A stretch of 64,000 nucleotides of DNA from Felis catus. Lineage: Eukaryota. Below the pieces are notes generated by a model that searched no databases, was not told the DNA's origin, and worked only from the letters and a program-made list of their open reading frames with translations. The position numbers and the translations under genes are program-made. The DNA lies in NCBI RefSeq assembly GCF_018350175.1, contig NC_058368.1, positions 191,768,001 through 191,832,000 on the forward strand. The letters are read 5' to 3'. How positions within the stretch are numbered: the first letter of the stretch is position 1; the number at the start of each line of letters is the position of its first letter. This document shows, piece after piece, positions 48,491 to 61,299 of this stretch.

Positions 48491-51195
48491 GCTTTCCTGG
48501 TGAATTATACCAAATATTTAAAATAGAACTAATATCAACGCTTCTCACGCTCCCCAAAAATATTGAGCAGGAGGCTACATTTTACGAAGCCAGGATTAGT
48601 CTGATACCAAAACCAGAAAAGATTACTACTAGAAAACAAAACTACAGGAGAATATTCCTGATGAATATAGATACAAAAATTCCCAAGAAAATGCTAGCCA
48701 ACTGAATTGCATGGCACAATAAAAGGATCACGCACCATGATCATGTGAGATTTATCCCTGGGATGCAAAAATGGCTGAATATACTCAAATCAATCAGTGT
48801 GATATATCACATTAATAGAATAAAAGAAAAGAAGCACATGATCATCTTAATAGATACAGAAAAAGCATTTCATAAAATTCAACATTCATTCACGATAAAT
48901 AACAAATTAGGCATAGGAGCATATGTTAACATAACAAAGGCCACATATGACAAGCCCACAACTAACATCATACTCAATGGTGAAAGGTTGAAAGCTTTTT
49001 TCTAAGATCAGAAACAAGACAAATGTGCCCACTCTCAATTACTCCTATGCCGCACGGTATGGAAGTCCCAGCTAGAGTAATCAGGCAAGAAAAAGGATAA
49101 AAGATATCAGAATTGTAAAAGAAGAAGAAAAATTTCTATTTGTGGATGACAATTATTTGATATATGGAAAATTTAAAGATAGCCAAAGAACTATTAAAGC
49201 TAATCAATGAATTTAGTAAAGTGTCATGATAAAAAAATCAACATATGCAAATCAGGAGCATTTCTAAATACTCCTAAAATTTATATGGTACCACAAACGA
49301 CCCCAAATATCCAAAGAAATTCTGAGAAAGAACAAAGCAGGAGGCATCACACTTTCAGATTGCAAGCTATACTATAAAGCTATAGTCATCACAACAGTAT
49401 GGCACTGGCATAAAAACAAATAAATCGGGGCGCCTGGGTGGCGCAGTCGGTTAAGCGTCCGACTTCAGCCAGGTCACGATCTCGCGGTCCGTGAGTTCGA
49501 GCCCCGCGTCAGGCTCTGGGCTGATGGTTCAGAGGCTGGAGCCTGCTTCCGATTCTGTGTCTCCCTCTCTCTCTGCCCCTCCCCTGTTCATGCTCTGTCT
49601 CTCTCTGTCTCAAAAATAAATAAACGTTAAAAAAAAATTAAAAAAAAAAAAAAGAAAAGAAAAACAAATAAATCAATGGAACAAATCAAGAACCCAGAAA
49701 TCTAAGAATATATGGTCAACTATATTTGACAAGTTAGCAAAGAACATTCTAGTGGAGAAAAGACAATCTGTTGACTAAATGGTATGGGGATAATTAGATA
49801 TTCACATGTAAAAGTATGAAACTAGACCCCTAAATTATACCACTGACAAAAAATAACTCAAAATGGATTAAAGACTTAAATGTAAGACCAAAATCATGAA
49901 ACTCCTGATTGAAAACATAGAAGTAAAGCTCCTTGGAATGGGTCTTGGTAATGATTTTTTGGATATGATATCTAAAGCACAAGCAACAAAACAGAAAATA
50001 AACAAGTGGGACTACATCAAACTAAAAAGATTATGCTCAGCAAAACAAACCATCAACACAGTGAAAAGACAAGCTATAGAATAGACACAGTGTTTGCAAT
50101 CCATATATCTGGTAGGGGGTTAACATCCAAAATATATAAAGGATTCATATAACTCAATAGCAATAAAAACTCCAAAGTCCCACCAATTAAAAAAAATAAG
50201 CAAAGAACCTGAATAGACATTTTTCCAAAGAAGATACATAAAAGGCAAAAAGGGACACAAAAAGATGCCCAACATCACTAGGCATTAAGGAGATGCAAAT
50301 CAAAGCCACAATGAGATATCACTTTACACCTGTTAGAATGCCATCATCCAAAAGGGAGGAGGTAACAAATGCTAGCCTGGATGTGGAGAAAAGGGAGCCC
50401 TATACACTGTAGTGGTATTGTAAATTGGCACAGCCACTATGGAAAACAGTTTGAAAGGTCCTCAAGAAATTAAAAATTGAACTACCATATGACCCAGGAA
50501 TCCCACTTTTAGGAACATATCCAAAGGAAATAAAAACACTAACTTGAAAAGATATTTGCACCATGTTCATAACAGTATTATCTACAATAGTCAAAACATG
50601 GAAACAACCTAAATGTCCATCAAATAAATGGATAAAAAAAGTTGTGGTATATATACAATGGAATATTATTCAGTCACAAAAAATTAAGAAATCCTACAGT
50701 TTACAGCAACTTGGGTAAACCTTGAAGCCATTTTGTTAAATGAAATAAGTCAGACAGAGAACAATAATGTATGGTCTCACTTATAGTGGAATCTTTAAAA
50801 ACAAAACCCCAAAACCGTAGAAAAAGAGACGACATTTATGGTATCAAAGGCAGAAGGTGTAGGGAGGGGGAATTGGAGGAAGGTGGTCAAAAGGTGGAAA
50901 CTTCCAGTTAGAAGATAGGAAAGTACTAGGGATGTGATATACAACCTGATGACTAGAGTTAACAAAGCTCTCTGATATATAAGAAAGTTGTTAAGGGCAT
51001 AAACCCTAAGAGTTCTGATCACAAAGTGAAAAGTTCTTTCTTTTCTTCTTTTTATTTATCTATATGAGATTATGGATATTAGCTGAACTTATTGTGATAA
51101 TCAGTTCACAATGTATGTAAATCAAACCATTATGCTGTATGCCTTAAACTTATACAGTGATGTATGCCAATTATTTGCCAATAAAACTGGGGAAA
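48491..51195 (+). mobile_element. 5'-truncated L1 (L1_Carn/L1MA-type): decayed ORF2 RT region through 3'UTR
   Basis: ORF fragments [12 protein letters not shown]...[12 protein letters not shown] and KINKWDYIKLK. 3' end ccttaaacttatacagtgatgtatgccaattatttgccaataaaactgg. Confidence 0.93.
49427..49659 (+). mobile_element. Young SINEC_Fc within L1
   Basis: 15-bp TSD AAAAACAAATAAATC at 49412-49426 and 49660-49674. Confidence 0.97.
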
Positions 51196-51199
51196 AATT

Positions 51200-51361
51200 T
51201 CATTGTAATCATATAAAGTTAAGACATTAATTCTATTTAAAAAAAACTGTTATCAGATAGCTTATATTATCTGTAGATTTATTACAAGAGAGCGAAAAAG
51301 AGGATTAAAAATAATTGCTTATAAAATGGAGTCTCTGAATCTGGTAGAGATGGAGACCAAT
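51200..51361 (+). mobile_element. MER20B-like transposon, right part
   Basis: ttatattatctgtagattt...ttataaaatggag...gagaccaatg corresponds to the MER20B 3' end (GAGAACCACTG). Confidence 0.65.
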
Positions 51362-52629
51362 GCAGGACCTCATAAGCACCGTGGATTTTAAGCCCAGTGA
51401 GAAGTTTGGAGAGTATTAAACAGAGAGTGTTGGGATCTGACTTGCAGTTTTAAAAGCTTAAATCTGCATTTGTAGAAACCTGATTATAGAAGGCAAGAAG
51501 AAAGTCAGAGACAAGTGAGAAGTCTGATACAGGGGTCAAGGCAAGCAATGACGGAGGCCTAGACTAGGATGCTAAGAACAGAGTTGGTGCAAGTTCATCT
51601 CTGTCTACTTAGAACCCTTTCAGTATTTGAAGGAAATTATCATATCAATCCATACCACTTTCCCCTTTCTGCTAAATGTGCCCAGACCCTTCCATTGTTT
51701 CCTTCATGATAGTTCCTAGACTTCTCTCCACCTTGTTAACATTACTATCTTTGTTGATATCCTCTGAAAAACTTCTAGATTGGAACTATCCCTCTTAAAG
51801 TAGACTTCCAAGAATTGAGGGAAATTCTTCAAATTGGATTTGGCTGATTTTCTGGAAACTTAAACAACTGGCACATGTGACTTTTCTATCCTGTTGTCTA
51901 CTACAGAGTGAGCTAGTATGTTCTGTACCTGCATTGCACTGTTTATTTACATTCAGCTTGTGATGAAATATGGCTTCCCTTCCTAACTTTGACATTCTTT
52001 GAGCCTTTACACCTGCCTTTACATTTCTAAGAATATTACCCTGATTAGTTTTGATTGCTCTCTATCCTTTACCCCTAGAAACCAATATCATATCATGAAG
52101 TGGAAATAGAAAGAGTAGCCCTCTACACATTAAAAAAAAAACTAAAAAAAAAAATTTTTAAAGGAAGCACAGAACAAATTCCAGGTGAGTAGTCCAAACA
52201 GCAGGTGTTACAGTGTTTGCCACTTTTTTCATGACCTCCAAGTTGTATAGGTAGAGCTTTTCCTCAAAGTCACTTTCTCTTAGACAGCTGTGTTTGTTCT
52301 GTCACCAACCATCTCTATTTAGCAATAAAAACATCTTCCTTTAGTGTATCCAGTTGTACTTCTGCAAGATAGAGTGCTTTGTGAAGTTATGACTTCTTCA
52401 TCACTGGAAGTAGATAAACAATGAGTAAATTATCTCTGTTTAAATATGTTAAACAGAAAATTCAGATTAGTAGCAACTGCAAGACTGTAGATTTACTAGG
52501 AGATACTTGGGATCCCTTCTAATTCTGAAATTCTACCAATTGCATGATTCTTATAGTCTTGTCAACTGTGCTTCCAATTACCCTACTTCTCTTACTTGGC
52601 ACGTGGAAGTTAGCTCAATGAAACCTACT

Positions 52630-53186
52630 GTTCCAGCTATCTATTTCTGCATAACAAAGCATCCCCAAATCCCATACCATAGTGACATAAAGTAACAACC
52701 ATTTTATTATGCTCATGGATTCTGCAGGTTAGGAATTGGGCCAAGAAATAATACAATCGCTTTGTTTCTGCTCCCCAGTGTCTGAGCCTCCGTTGGGAAG
52801 ACATACTTGGCTGGGGTGACAAATAGGAGATAACTGGGGGCTGGAATCATCTGGGAGCTTCCTCAATCATATATCTGACACCTGGACTAGGATGACACAG
52901 AAGCCAGTTTCAGCTGAAACTGTTGACCAGAGCATCAGGAGACTACTTCATGGGGCCTAGGCTTCCTCACGATACGGTGGATTAAGAGTAGTCAAAGTTC
53001 TTACATGGCTTAAGACTACAAGAGCAAGATGGAAACTACATAGTCTTTTATGACCTACCCTTGAAAGTCATCTAGCATCATTTTTTATAGGTTGGATCTA
53101 CCCAGATTTAAGGAAAGGGGACATAGACCCCTCCTCTCAATGGGAAAAATGTCAAAGACTTTGCAGCTGCTTTTTAAAGCTGTCAC
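52630..53186 (-). mobile_element. MLT1H-type MaLR LTR
   Basis: tctgcataacaaagcatccccaaa...ccattttattatgctcatggattctg...ggggctggaatcatctgg...aaagctgtcaca. Confidence 0.8.
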
Positions 53187-54204
53187 ATTTCCTATGGTGT
53201 TTATTATTAAATTTTAGATAATAACAACCAAAATCCTTTTTTTCCCTAAATTTCCTCATTCTGATTGAAGTCAAAGTTGCACCTGTGTAGCTTACAGACA
53301 CTGGGGCTTCTAAGCACAATAGGGAAGAAAATAGTGAACCAAAGCTTCCAGTGGATATGACAGAGATTTTTCTGGAGCCAAGAGCACATATGCCTTTGGA
53401 GTGGAACAAAGACTGACATTCTTGACACCTGCTGCTTCCTTTATAGACCCTAGGAGCTCCAAGATTAAACTCTGCAGTACTCCAGACCCTGGGAGAAAAA
53501 GCCTTGCTCAGACTCAATTTATTGGACACTGACCTTTAATCCACTGAAATTTGTATGTGTTCTACAAGTCTCTCAATGCTCTGTTTTGGCTAATTGGTTA
53601 CCTAGACATGTCCTCATCCTCACCTGGGGACTATAAACATGCCTGAGCCTGGGAGAAAAGGTACAGAGAAAGAGATGACTCTGCTTCCCACAGAGACCCA
53701 TCAAGTTAAACTTCTGAGCACAAAGGAATGGAAGGAAAGCTACCTCAGCAAGGGAATTGAAATGCTAGAAGAAGCACTTCCCTCATGGCTGAGTGCACTG
53801 CTGTTCTGTGCACCAAATACCAACTAATTATTCCTTGCTGCACATCAGCAAATGCTGATCTGATTAAAATCATAAATCAGTCCTGTATTTCTGTGGGAAG
53901 GGTGTGGAACTGGGTGTGTTCATTAATATGTACAACATCATCAAAGATGAAGGCTTTGGTCAAGTCATGGGCTTTCTCTACATTGAGCTCAAGATGCCAG
54001 AGTTTTGAGTTCAGAGACGTTGACCTCTCACTTTGACCAAACCTTTGAAATCAAAGACAGATTAAGTCAACATTCTCACCTTTCATAGCATAGGTCTGCT
54101 ATGAGAGGATTGCCTGTATTCCTGGGCAGGCAAAAGATATGAGAATGCTATATGGTGATTGACCAGTCTTCCTGATGGTAATTAATTAGAGTTAACTAAG
54201 TCAA

Positions 54205-54930
54205 CCAAGCACTTACCATGCAAGTGCCAAACGACTTTACATGTATTATCTAGTTTCATTCTTGTAACAATCCCATTTATGCATACAGAGACTGAGATTC
54301 AGTGAAATGAAGCAATCTATCCCAAATTATAGTGGAACTAACGGCGCCAAATTTGAGCTAAAACAGTCTATGTCTAGGCCTAAGACTAAATTTAGCAACT
54401 AGGTAATACTGCATCTGCTCATGAGTGAAACACCTTCTTGGCGCTCCCTGGGCAACCAGGAAGGGCTGGAGAAGATGATGCCTGATCTGAGTTGAGCCTT
54501 CAGGGTAAGGAGAAAATAACTAGGCAAAGAAAGGAGAAAGGGGTATTGCAGGGAGAACAATGAAGGCACAGAAACAACGTGTACAAGGGCCTGAAGGTGC
54601 TGAGAGCCAAGCTCAAGTCTCCTTAAAGCCAGGGGTCATGTTTTCTTGCTCAGCATGGAAGCCCTTGGTGTCTGCCACACAACAGTCACACGAAGAACCA
54701 AGAGAGCAGAGAAGTCACAAGCATGGAGTCTGGAGTCAGAATGCTAGTGTTGAGCTATAGGACTTCAAAGAGTTTGCTCCACCTCTGCGAGTTTTGTTTT
54801 TCCCATGTGTGAAAAATGGGAGATGGTAAGAGAATCAGCCTTCCAGGGTTGCTGTGAGGGAGGATGAGAAACGATCACGTAAATAAGACACATGCATAGT
54901 CTAGTGCAGCCATAGTCAGAGCTCAAAAAA
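54205..54930. mobile_element. MIR fragments (54205-54410 on minus, 54720-54930 on plus)
   Basis: gagactgagattcagtgaaatgaagcaa; catggagtctggagtcaga...ccagggttgctgtgagg. Confidence 0.65.
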
Positions 54931-55688
54931 CGGCCACAATGGTGATTTATTATTAAGCCCTCAGGAAGTGTCTTCGAAGGAAAAGAATGAATGATGTTGG
55001 CATGACTTATTAGAGGGCAGAGAGGATTTCAGTGTGACTATGGAGGGTGGGGAGCACGTGGTGCAAAGTAAAGTTGATGCCAAACTGGACGTCCTCACTT
55101 TGCCTTCCACTTTTCCTGACAGTCCGTGATCTTAATGGTGATGGTGATGAGAAGAAAGGTACCACCTTGCCTTATACTGCAGTTTGCACTTTACAACATA
55201 CCTACACAATCATTATTTTATTCAACTTTCAAACAAATATATGACAAACACATGATGTGTGTGCTTTGTTCCCATTTTGTACAAATCTGCAGAATCTCAG
55301 AGAGCACAAGGATCTGTAAAAAGTGAATGAGCTGATTAAGTAACAGAAAACAAAGCTCAGGTATTCTGAATCCTGGCTCTTTATCTCTCCAACATGGATA
55401 AGAGAGCTAGTGAGGACACTCAGGGATTTCCTCATTAGCAGAGAACCCATTTGAAAGGCTTGCTGGCTATTCAACAAATTTATTTTCTTTTCCTCCTGGA
55501 ATATACCTTTTCTACATTCACTGTATATTTTTAAAGTATCTTTTTAAAATGTTTGTTGGTCACAAGGGCTTATCACTTTCTGTGTTTTGTTTATTTTAAT
55601 AATAATCTTTCTCCCTTAAAAATCCACTCAAAATGTTTAAGTCTTTGAGGTAAAGACATTTTAACAAAAATATCCCAGCCTGATCTTT

Positions 55689-55715
55689 AAACAACAACAA
55701 CAACAACAACAACAA
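55689..55715 (+). repeat. (CAA)n microsatellite
   Basis: About 8 units. Confidence 0.9.
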
Positions 55716-55744
55716 ATATTGAAATTCCATCAGCTTGGTGAATA

Positions 55745-56140
55745 GAAATCATCTCTTCTTGCTCTGTTCTGGTGAACATAAATGTATTTTATATGTACAT
55801 TTACTATATCACTCCATTTCCCTTGTAGTGAGGTATCACCATGCCACAGAGCTCTGGTCAGTGGATCATGGGCAAAAGTAATTTGTTGCACTTTGAGGTC
55901 TGATCCAAGAGGTCTTCCTCTCTTTCCCCTTGAGCTTGCTCTCCTCGAGCAGCAACATTAGAAGTTAAAGATGGCAGATCTCCAACACAGAAGAAACTTG
56001 GATCCCTTAGTCACAGTTTTGGATGAAAATGCCAATTGCTCTAGAACACTCATTTTGGAAATTATATGAGCAAGAAATACATTTCTATTATGCCAGTCCA
56101 CTGAGACTTATCTGTTTCAATAGCTAGCATTACCCAACTA
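55745..56140 (+). mobile_element. MLT1I/J-type MaLR LTR
   Basis: catttcccttgtagtgagg...tatgagcaagaaatacatttctattatg...ccactgaga. Confidence 0.65.
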
Positions 56141-56679
56141 AGGAGTATGAAAAAAAATTACAAACCTAGACACTATTTAAGACTATCTACAGAATTACCA
56201 GACCCTATACTTCAATGAATCTTTGCTTCTTTATTAGAATTACATCATGTCCCAATCTGAAAAGCAGGTGGTAATAAATTAGAGTTGCAAAACTATAAAT
56301 CCATTTTGAGCAGGCATCCTATCTGCCTTTGCACCTCTAGTATCTCACACAAAACCAGATATGGGCTAAGTGTTCAGTAAACGGTAATATGTAGATGGTA
56401 AAGAACCAATGTAACTCCATCATCTACAGAAATGACAGTTGACTGGGATTTGAATGATTAGATTCTCCAAAAGGAAAAGGGTAATTTCCCACAGAAGGCA
56501 TCCTATGGAACAGAAGATCTACCATGACTTGCTGACAGTTAAGGTGGTAAGAGACATGATTCATGCATTCTTCAAAGCTACTTACTGAGTACTTGTTATA
56601 TGTCTGGCACTATTCCAGGGAATAAGGGTACAACAAAAAAATAAAATAGATAAGGCCTCTGTTTTCATGGCTCTTACGG

Positions 56680-57228
56680 TTAAAGAGTAGTAGAGTCACC
56701 AAACTAGAAGATGCCTCTTTGGCATAAAGGTTATTGAGAGCTGATTATTTCTGAGAAACAGCAGACACAGGAGAAACTGAAAACAGTAGAAATTACCCTT
56801 CTATAAGGGAAATTTACATTTATAAAGGACATTTCCATTTGTAAGGGTGTTTCCCTTTCTGTATCAGGAAGAAAACTATAACTCTAATTCACAATAAACT
56901 CTTATCAATAGAGAAGGCATAGAGGTGAATCTGCATAATAACCTTATCCTTTTTCACTATGCTTTTCATGTAACCTCCATAATTGGCCTTGCCTCCATCC
57001 ACACCACCCCACCAGAATTTTCTTTTGTTTTAGGTTTGAGATGGTATTTGAACTGGTGTTTTGGGCCATCTCTGAGAGTTACTCAGTTTTTCGGGGTATC
57101 TCCCATGTACACATGGGATATACATGTTAATCAATGTATTTGTTTTCATCTTTTCAATTTGTCTTTTGTTACAAAACTTCTCAACCAAGAACTCAGAGGG
57201 TAAAGGGAAATTATTTTTCCACCTTTAC
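56680..57228 (+). mobile_element. MER34-like ERV1 solo LTR inserted in an L2
   Basis: atgcctctttggcataaagg...gagaaacagcagacacaggagaa...gggaaattatttttccacctttaca. It splits the L2 motif ctcttac|cattctagt. Confidence 0.78.
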
Positions 57229-58095
57229 ACATTCTAGTAAATTTACATATGTGTTGAAACCCTTGCACACAAACCTGGGTCCCCTAGTCAGCTAGGTGCT
57301 CAATCATCTGGGTCGATATTATAAGAATGAGTATATGCCAAGTTAGCAAAGTTATAAAGAAATACATTATGATAATAATTCACTCTCTGAAAACATAAGA
57401 ACACCTGCTCTAAAGTTGTAAAGAAAGGAAATCATCAACTGAAAGCTTGAGAACAAATTAACCAGATCCATACTCAAGAAGTTAAACCACGCAGGGGAAA
57501 AAAAAGCACAGCAACGGAAGTAAGTGGTAAAGATAATACTCTGTTGCTGATCTTATAATTGGTGAAGGTATCAATCTACTTTATTTCTAAACACCTATTT
57601 TATAAAAGTTAATCATATAATTTGGCTACAGCAACAGCAGCAATGGCAGATGTGCTGTCCAACTGACCAGGTTAAGAAAAATAAAGGCAGATGGTTTTAG
57701 ATTAAAGTCTGGATGGCGACACTGCCATTAGAGAATAGACGTTCTGTCACCAGGCCAAGGTTCTTCTATTTACTTTACTCTCTAAATTATCTGCCACCTG
57801 GTGGTCCAGGGAATCATTTAGAAGCTTAGTCATGGGCAGTTAATAAAAACTTATTAATGTGGATTCAGTGATTTCATTTAACAAATATTTATTGAGGGCC
57901 TACTATGTACACATAGGCTCTAGGTGCTGGGGAATACAGCAGCTACCAAGACAGTAAGCAAATGAGACAACTAGATTTTGTTAAGTGCTATCAGGAAAAT
58001 AAAACAGGTAATGGGGGCAAGTGAAAGAAAACACTATAGAGCTGAGAGAAAGCCTCTGGGAGGAAGCCACACTTGAGACAAGAGGAAAAAAGTGA

Positions 58096-58760
58096 TGTAT
58101 TAATGTTCTATTGCTGCATAACAACAAACTGTCACAAATTTAGCAGCTTAAAACAACAAAAATGTACTATTTCAGTGTTTCTGTGAATTAGGAGTTCAGG
58201 TACAGATTAGTTGAGTTCTCTGCTCAGGATCTTGCATGCTGAAGCAAAGATGTTGGCATGAGTTGTGATCTTATCTGAGGCTTGGGGTTCTCTTTGAAGC
58301 TCACTAGTAGTCAGCAGGATTCATTTCCTTGTGGCTGTGTTGTGACCATGGTCCCTCTCTTCTTGCTACATGTTGGCTGGGGACCACTCTTAGTTCCTAC
58401 ACATGATTATACCTTGCTATGTAATTACCTTCTTTCATACATGCTTTCTATTAAGCCAACAGGAGAGTGTCTCCCAAACATCTGACCTGCTTTTAAAGTG
58501 CTTACTTGATTAGGTCAGGCCCACCTAGCAGTGTCTTTTTGATTAACTCAAGTCAACTCATTAGTAACATAATCACAGGAGTGGTACAGCATCGTATTCA
58601 CTGGTTCTAGTCACGGTTAAGAGGGACATGTACAGAGGCACCTGGGTGGCTAAATTGGTTAAGCATCTGACTCTTGATTTCAGCTCCGGTCACAATCTCA
58701 CAGTCTGTGAGTTTGAGTCCCACATTGGGCTTACAATGACAGTGTAAAGCCTACTTGTGA

Positions 58761-58806
<46 letters not shown>

Positions 58807-58928
58807 GCCCCTCCCCCACTCACATTCATTCTCTCTCAAAATAAATAATCTTAAAAAAATAAATAAGAGGAGCATGTACACTACAAGGGGGGGAATCTTG
58901 GGGGCCTTTTAAAATTCTACCTACCACA
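58096..58928 (-). mobile_element. MLT1E-type MaLR LTR containing a SINE
   Basis: tgtatt...tattgctgcataacaa...ggggccttttaaaattctacctaccaca. Confidence 0.82.
58637..58865 (+). mobile_element. Can-SINE
   Basis: SINEC body with long (CT)n. Degenerate TSD ending CATGTACA on both sides. Confidence 0.92.
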
Positions 58929-60796
58929 GATGAAAACCAGCCATGCAAAATCAGGTGAAAGTCTTTCCAGTCAAGATCACCAGAATGTGCACAGAACAAA
59001 CTTGATATTTTCAGGAAAGATAAAGTAAGTTGGTCTACTGAAGTATGGTCGAGGAGGGGAGAAGATGAGGGACGAGGTATGTATAGGAGCCAGACCATCT
59101 AGGGCTTTGGTGGACTTGTTAACAAGTCTGGATTCCATTTTATGTGTAAAGGGAAGCATACTAACATTAACTGAGCATGATATTAGGCTCATCAGTGGCG
59201 TAAAGATCAATGGATCCAATGTCAAAAGAAATGGGACATATTAATTTGCTTTGGCTACCTCTCATTTTGAGAAATGAGAGCCTATGCTCTGACATCCCAT
59301 TTTTTCTAGGCCCCTATTAAAAAGACTATTCAGGTGAAGGTAAAAACAAAATTAATGTAATCACTTTCTGGTGTTGGCTGACCTAATTAGAAAGGAATTT
59401 GGTCTGCTTCTTTCAAGTATCTTCCAATACTCATGAATGCACCCTTGGGTCACTTCATAAATTCTATAAATAACAATAGTTACATTAATAATATGGGGAC
59501 ATTTCCAGAAGCAATATACACTTTGTCCTTTGGTCAGGGGAGGATTCATAATTACTGTTTTTAGAAATTTCCAGCAATGCAGATTTTCAAAGATAATACT
59601 GAGGCAAGAGTTTATTGTTTAGAAATGCTAGCTCATCACAGTCATTTTTTTTTTCTTCTTTCCAAGTTGAGGTTAAAAGGGAAATCCAAGTTGAGTTAAA
59701 CAACCTATAGAAATGTCACTAGGTCCTAATCAACCAAGGAGTCAGAAGTATAACTGCTTTTTTAGTTTCTTCGATTGAAAGTACTAGCAGGATTTATGTG
59801 AGGCTTCCCTTTGAGACTATGATTAGTACAACAGAAAAAATTTTTAAGAAATGATAGAACTTAGAATGTAAAACTTGAAGACCCAATGAGGACCAATATA
59901 TAACTCCCACTTTTTGTTGTTGTTATGTGTACTCTTTAGTGTAATTTCCTAAGTCTCATTTGGACCAAGATTTGGATTATCAATAAAATAAGGCAGTATA
60001 AGATCCTCCTTTCTCAACATCCTTGTATTGTTTCCATGACTGAGCCCTCAAATTGTAAAGATCATATTACATTATTTTCCTCTCAGGAAATAAGAGAAAT
60101 TTATTCAGTGAAGCAATCTAAAAATAACTCATTGGAGAGCCAGTGGCTTCCATGGTTACCAAAAGACCCTGTTGATTCTTTGCTCTAACAGGCAAGCACA
60201 ATTGGGGAATCATTTGAATTGAAAACAACACATACCCAAAATAGCATGAAGGACCCTAGAACAGGACTGTGGAGCCCTACATTCTGGTATGTGCAATCTT
60301 CTCCTTCACAGCCTCATAAAAAAGCACCTGCCAGAAGAAAGGAATATACTTCTGAAAACGAAATGAAACTTGACCCTAAATCAGTCTCTTGATTCTGGGA
60401 ATCCCTGCCATGCTGTTAATGCTCTGACAATGCCCCACAAGGTTCATGACATACATTTCAAAATACTACTTCTACAAATAACAACTGATTATATATTTAA
60501 TTTCTACTAAGGGCATCAAAGGAAAGTTAGATTTTTTCCTTTAAGTAAAATTATATCACATGACTTTACATGAAAGTTACACATAATGTGTGTAACATAG
60601 TATCATCTTATGATGGTTGGGATAATGGGAATGGAATAATGTGTATTGCATATGTATATACATATATATGTTTGAAAAATACATGCTCATATATTTATAC
60701 ATTTATGTATTCCTTCATACATATGAAGTCTTCTAAGATTCTGATACCCCATTCCAACTGTTTCCAGAAGCAGGGATCTAAGAAAAATCTATTTTT

Positions 60797-61027
60797 TTTT
60801 ATTTTTTTTTAACGTTTATTTATTTTTGAGACAGAGAGAGACAGAGCATGAATGGGGGAGGGGCAGAGAGAGAGGGCGACACAGAATCCGAAGCAGGCTC
60901 CAGGCTCTGAGCCATCAGCCCAGAGCCCAGAGCCCAGAGCCTGGTGCGGGACTCAAACTCACGGACAGCGAGTTCGTGACCTGAGTTGAAGTCGGACGCT
61001 TAACCGACTGAGCCACCCAGGCGCCCC
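60797..61027 (-). mobile_element. SINEC_Fc with internal 7-bp expansion
   Basis: TSD GAAAAATCTATTTT on both sides. Internal (AGCCCAG)3. Confidence 0.96.
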
Positions 61028-61299
61028 GAAAAATCTATTTTTGAAAAAAGAATTTCATATTTTCATCATAGATTCCAAGGTCTAGCATACTTTAAACATG
61101 TTTATTGAAATTTGAAAAAAGCACACAACAAAATACATTAGAATTTCCTAACACACTAACTAAACTGAGTAGAGTACCAAAGATATAAATTTAATTCATT
61201 ATTCACCAGCCATTTAGAATGGAGGTATAGACATTTAGATAGGACATAAATTGATTCAAAAAATATTTAATTAGCTTCAGTATTTTTTGCACCAAAGGT

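Larger units (their letters stand above)
57870..59230 (-). mobile_element. L2 interrupted by an MLT1E LTR
   Basis: ttcatttaacaaatatttattgagggcctactatgt terminus; L2 sequence resumes after 58929. Confidence 0.75.
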
